The translations under genes were made by a program, and so were the position numbers. The notes beneath the pieces were generated by a model, which saw nothing but the letters and a program-made list of their open reading frames with translations, searched no databases and had not been told where the DNA came from. DNA of 62,886 bases, filler included, from Octopus bimaculoides (lineage: Eukaryota), in assembly GCF_001194135.2 (NCBI RefSeq). It is 6 parts of 6 records of this genome, joined end to end, with 100 filler letters (N's around TTAATTAATTAA, not from the genome) between each part and the next. Parts side by side here need not be neighbours in the genome. Positions count along the whole stretch, not along the records: positions 50,686 to 62,886 come from NC_068986.1; 5 more parts are not named here. One strand, given 5' to 3'. This document shows, piece after piece, positions 62,610 to 62,886 of the stretch (its first letter is position 1; each line of letters starts with the position of its first letter).

Positions 62610-62886
62610 CACTACTACAGACAGTACACGGCTTTACCAAGGAAATAGAAATGAAATTCGGATTAGAAAAATGTGCCAAAGCAACTCTGAAAAGAGGAAA
62701 ATTAGTTAAAAGTAGCAATATAACACTAGATAAAGCCAATGAAATAAGAGAACTAGACGAAAGCCAACCATATAAGTATTTAGGAGTCAATGAACTAGAT
62801 AGGATACAACATACACAAATGAAAGAAAAAATAAAGAAAGAGTACTATAGACGAGTTAGATCAATACTAAAAACAGAGCTCAATGC
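62609..62886 (+). mobile_element. Dong/R4 RT fragment, runs off the window
   Basis: LLQTVHGFTKEIEMKFGLEKCAK..YKYLG..KIKKEYYRRVRSILKTELNA; starts directly after (AAT)n. Confidence 0.88.

Overview
AT-rich, microsatellite-dense animal genomic DNA from a gapped draft assembly. The SINE types, the HTGEKPYHCDICGKSF-type C2H2 array and the LINE set point to an octopod cephalopod (inference). No intact protein-coding gene, rRNA, true tRNA or CRISPR array is supported; most ORF-track entries are microsatellite or transposon artefacts. The main hidden structure is a decayed FREM2/ECM3-like (Fras1/Frem family) extracellular-matrix gene on the minus strand, ~58.6 kb down to ~2.8 kb. Its parts appear in the expected order: signal peptide, Frem_N-like domain, CSPG repeats, traces of Calx-beta, then several C-terminal-domain exons that keep canonical splice sites but carry stops. 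This call rests on by-eye motif alignment to remembered FREM2/FRAS1 sequences and needs a profile search. Its putative introns hold an antisense C2H2-ZNF pseudogene hit by a hAT transposon with TIRs and an 8-bp TSD, Penelope-like RT and GIY-YIG fragments with an inverted pair of hammerhead-like 3' ends, Dong/R4 LINEs beside (AAT)n, Tx1/L1 pieces beside (TATC)n, RTE and CR1 relics, mariner MITEs, a Helentron-type HINE and dozens of tRNA-derived SINEs. SINE and LINE-fragment boundaries are approximate.
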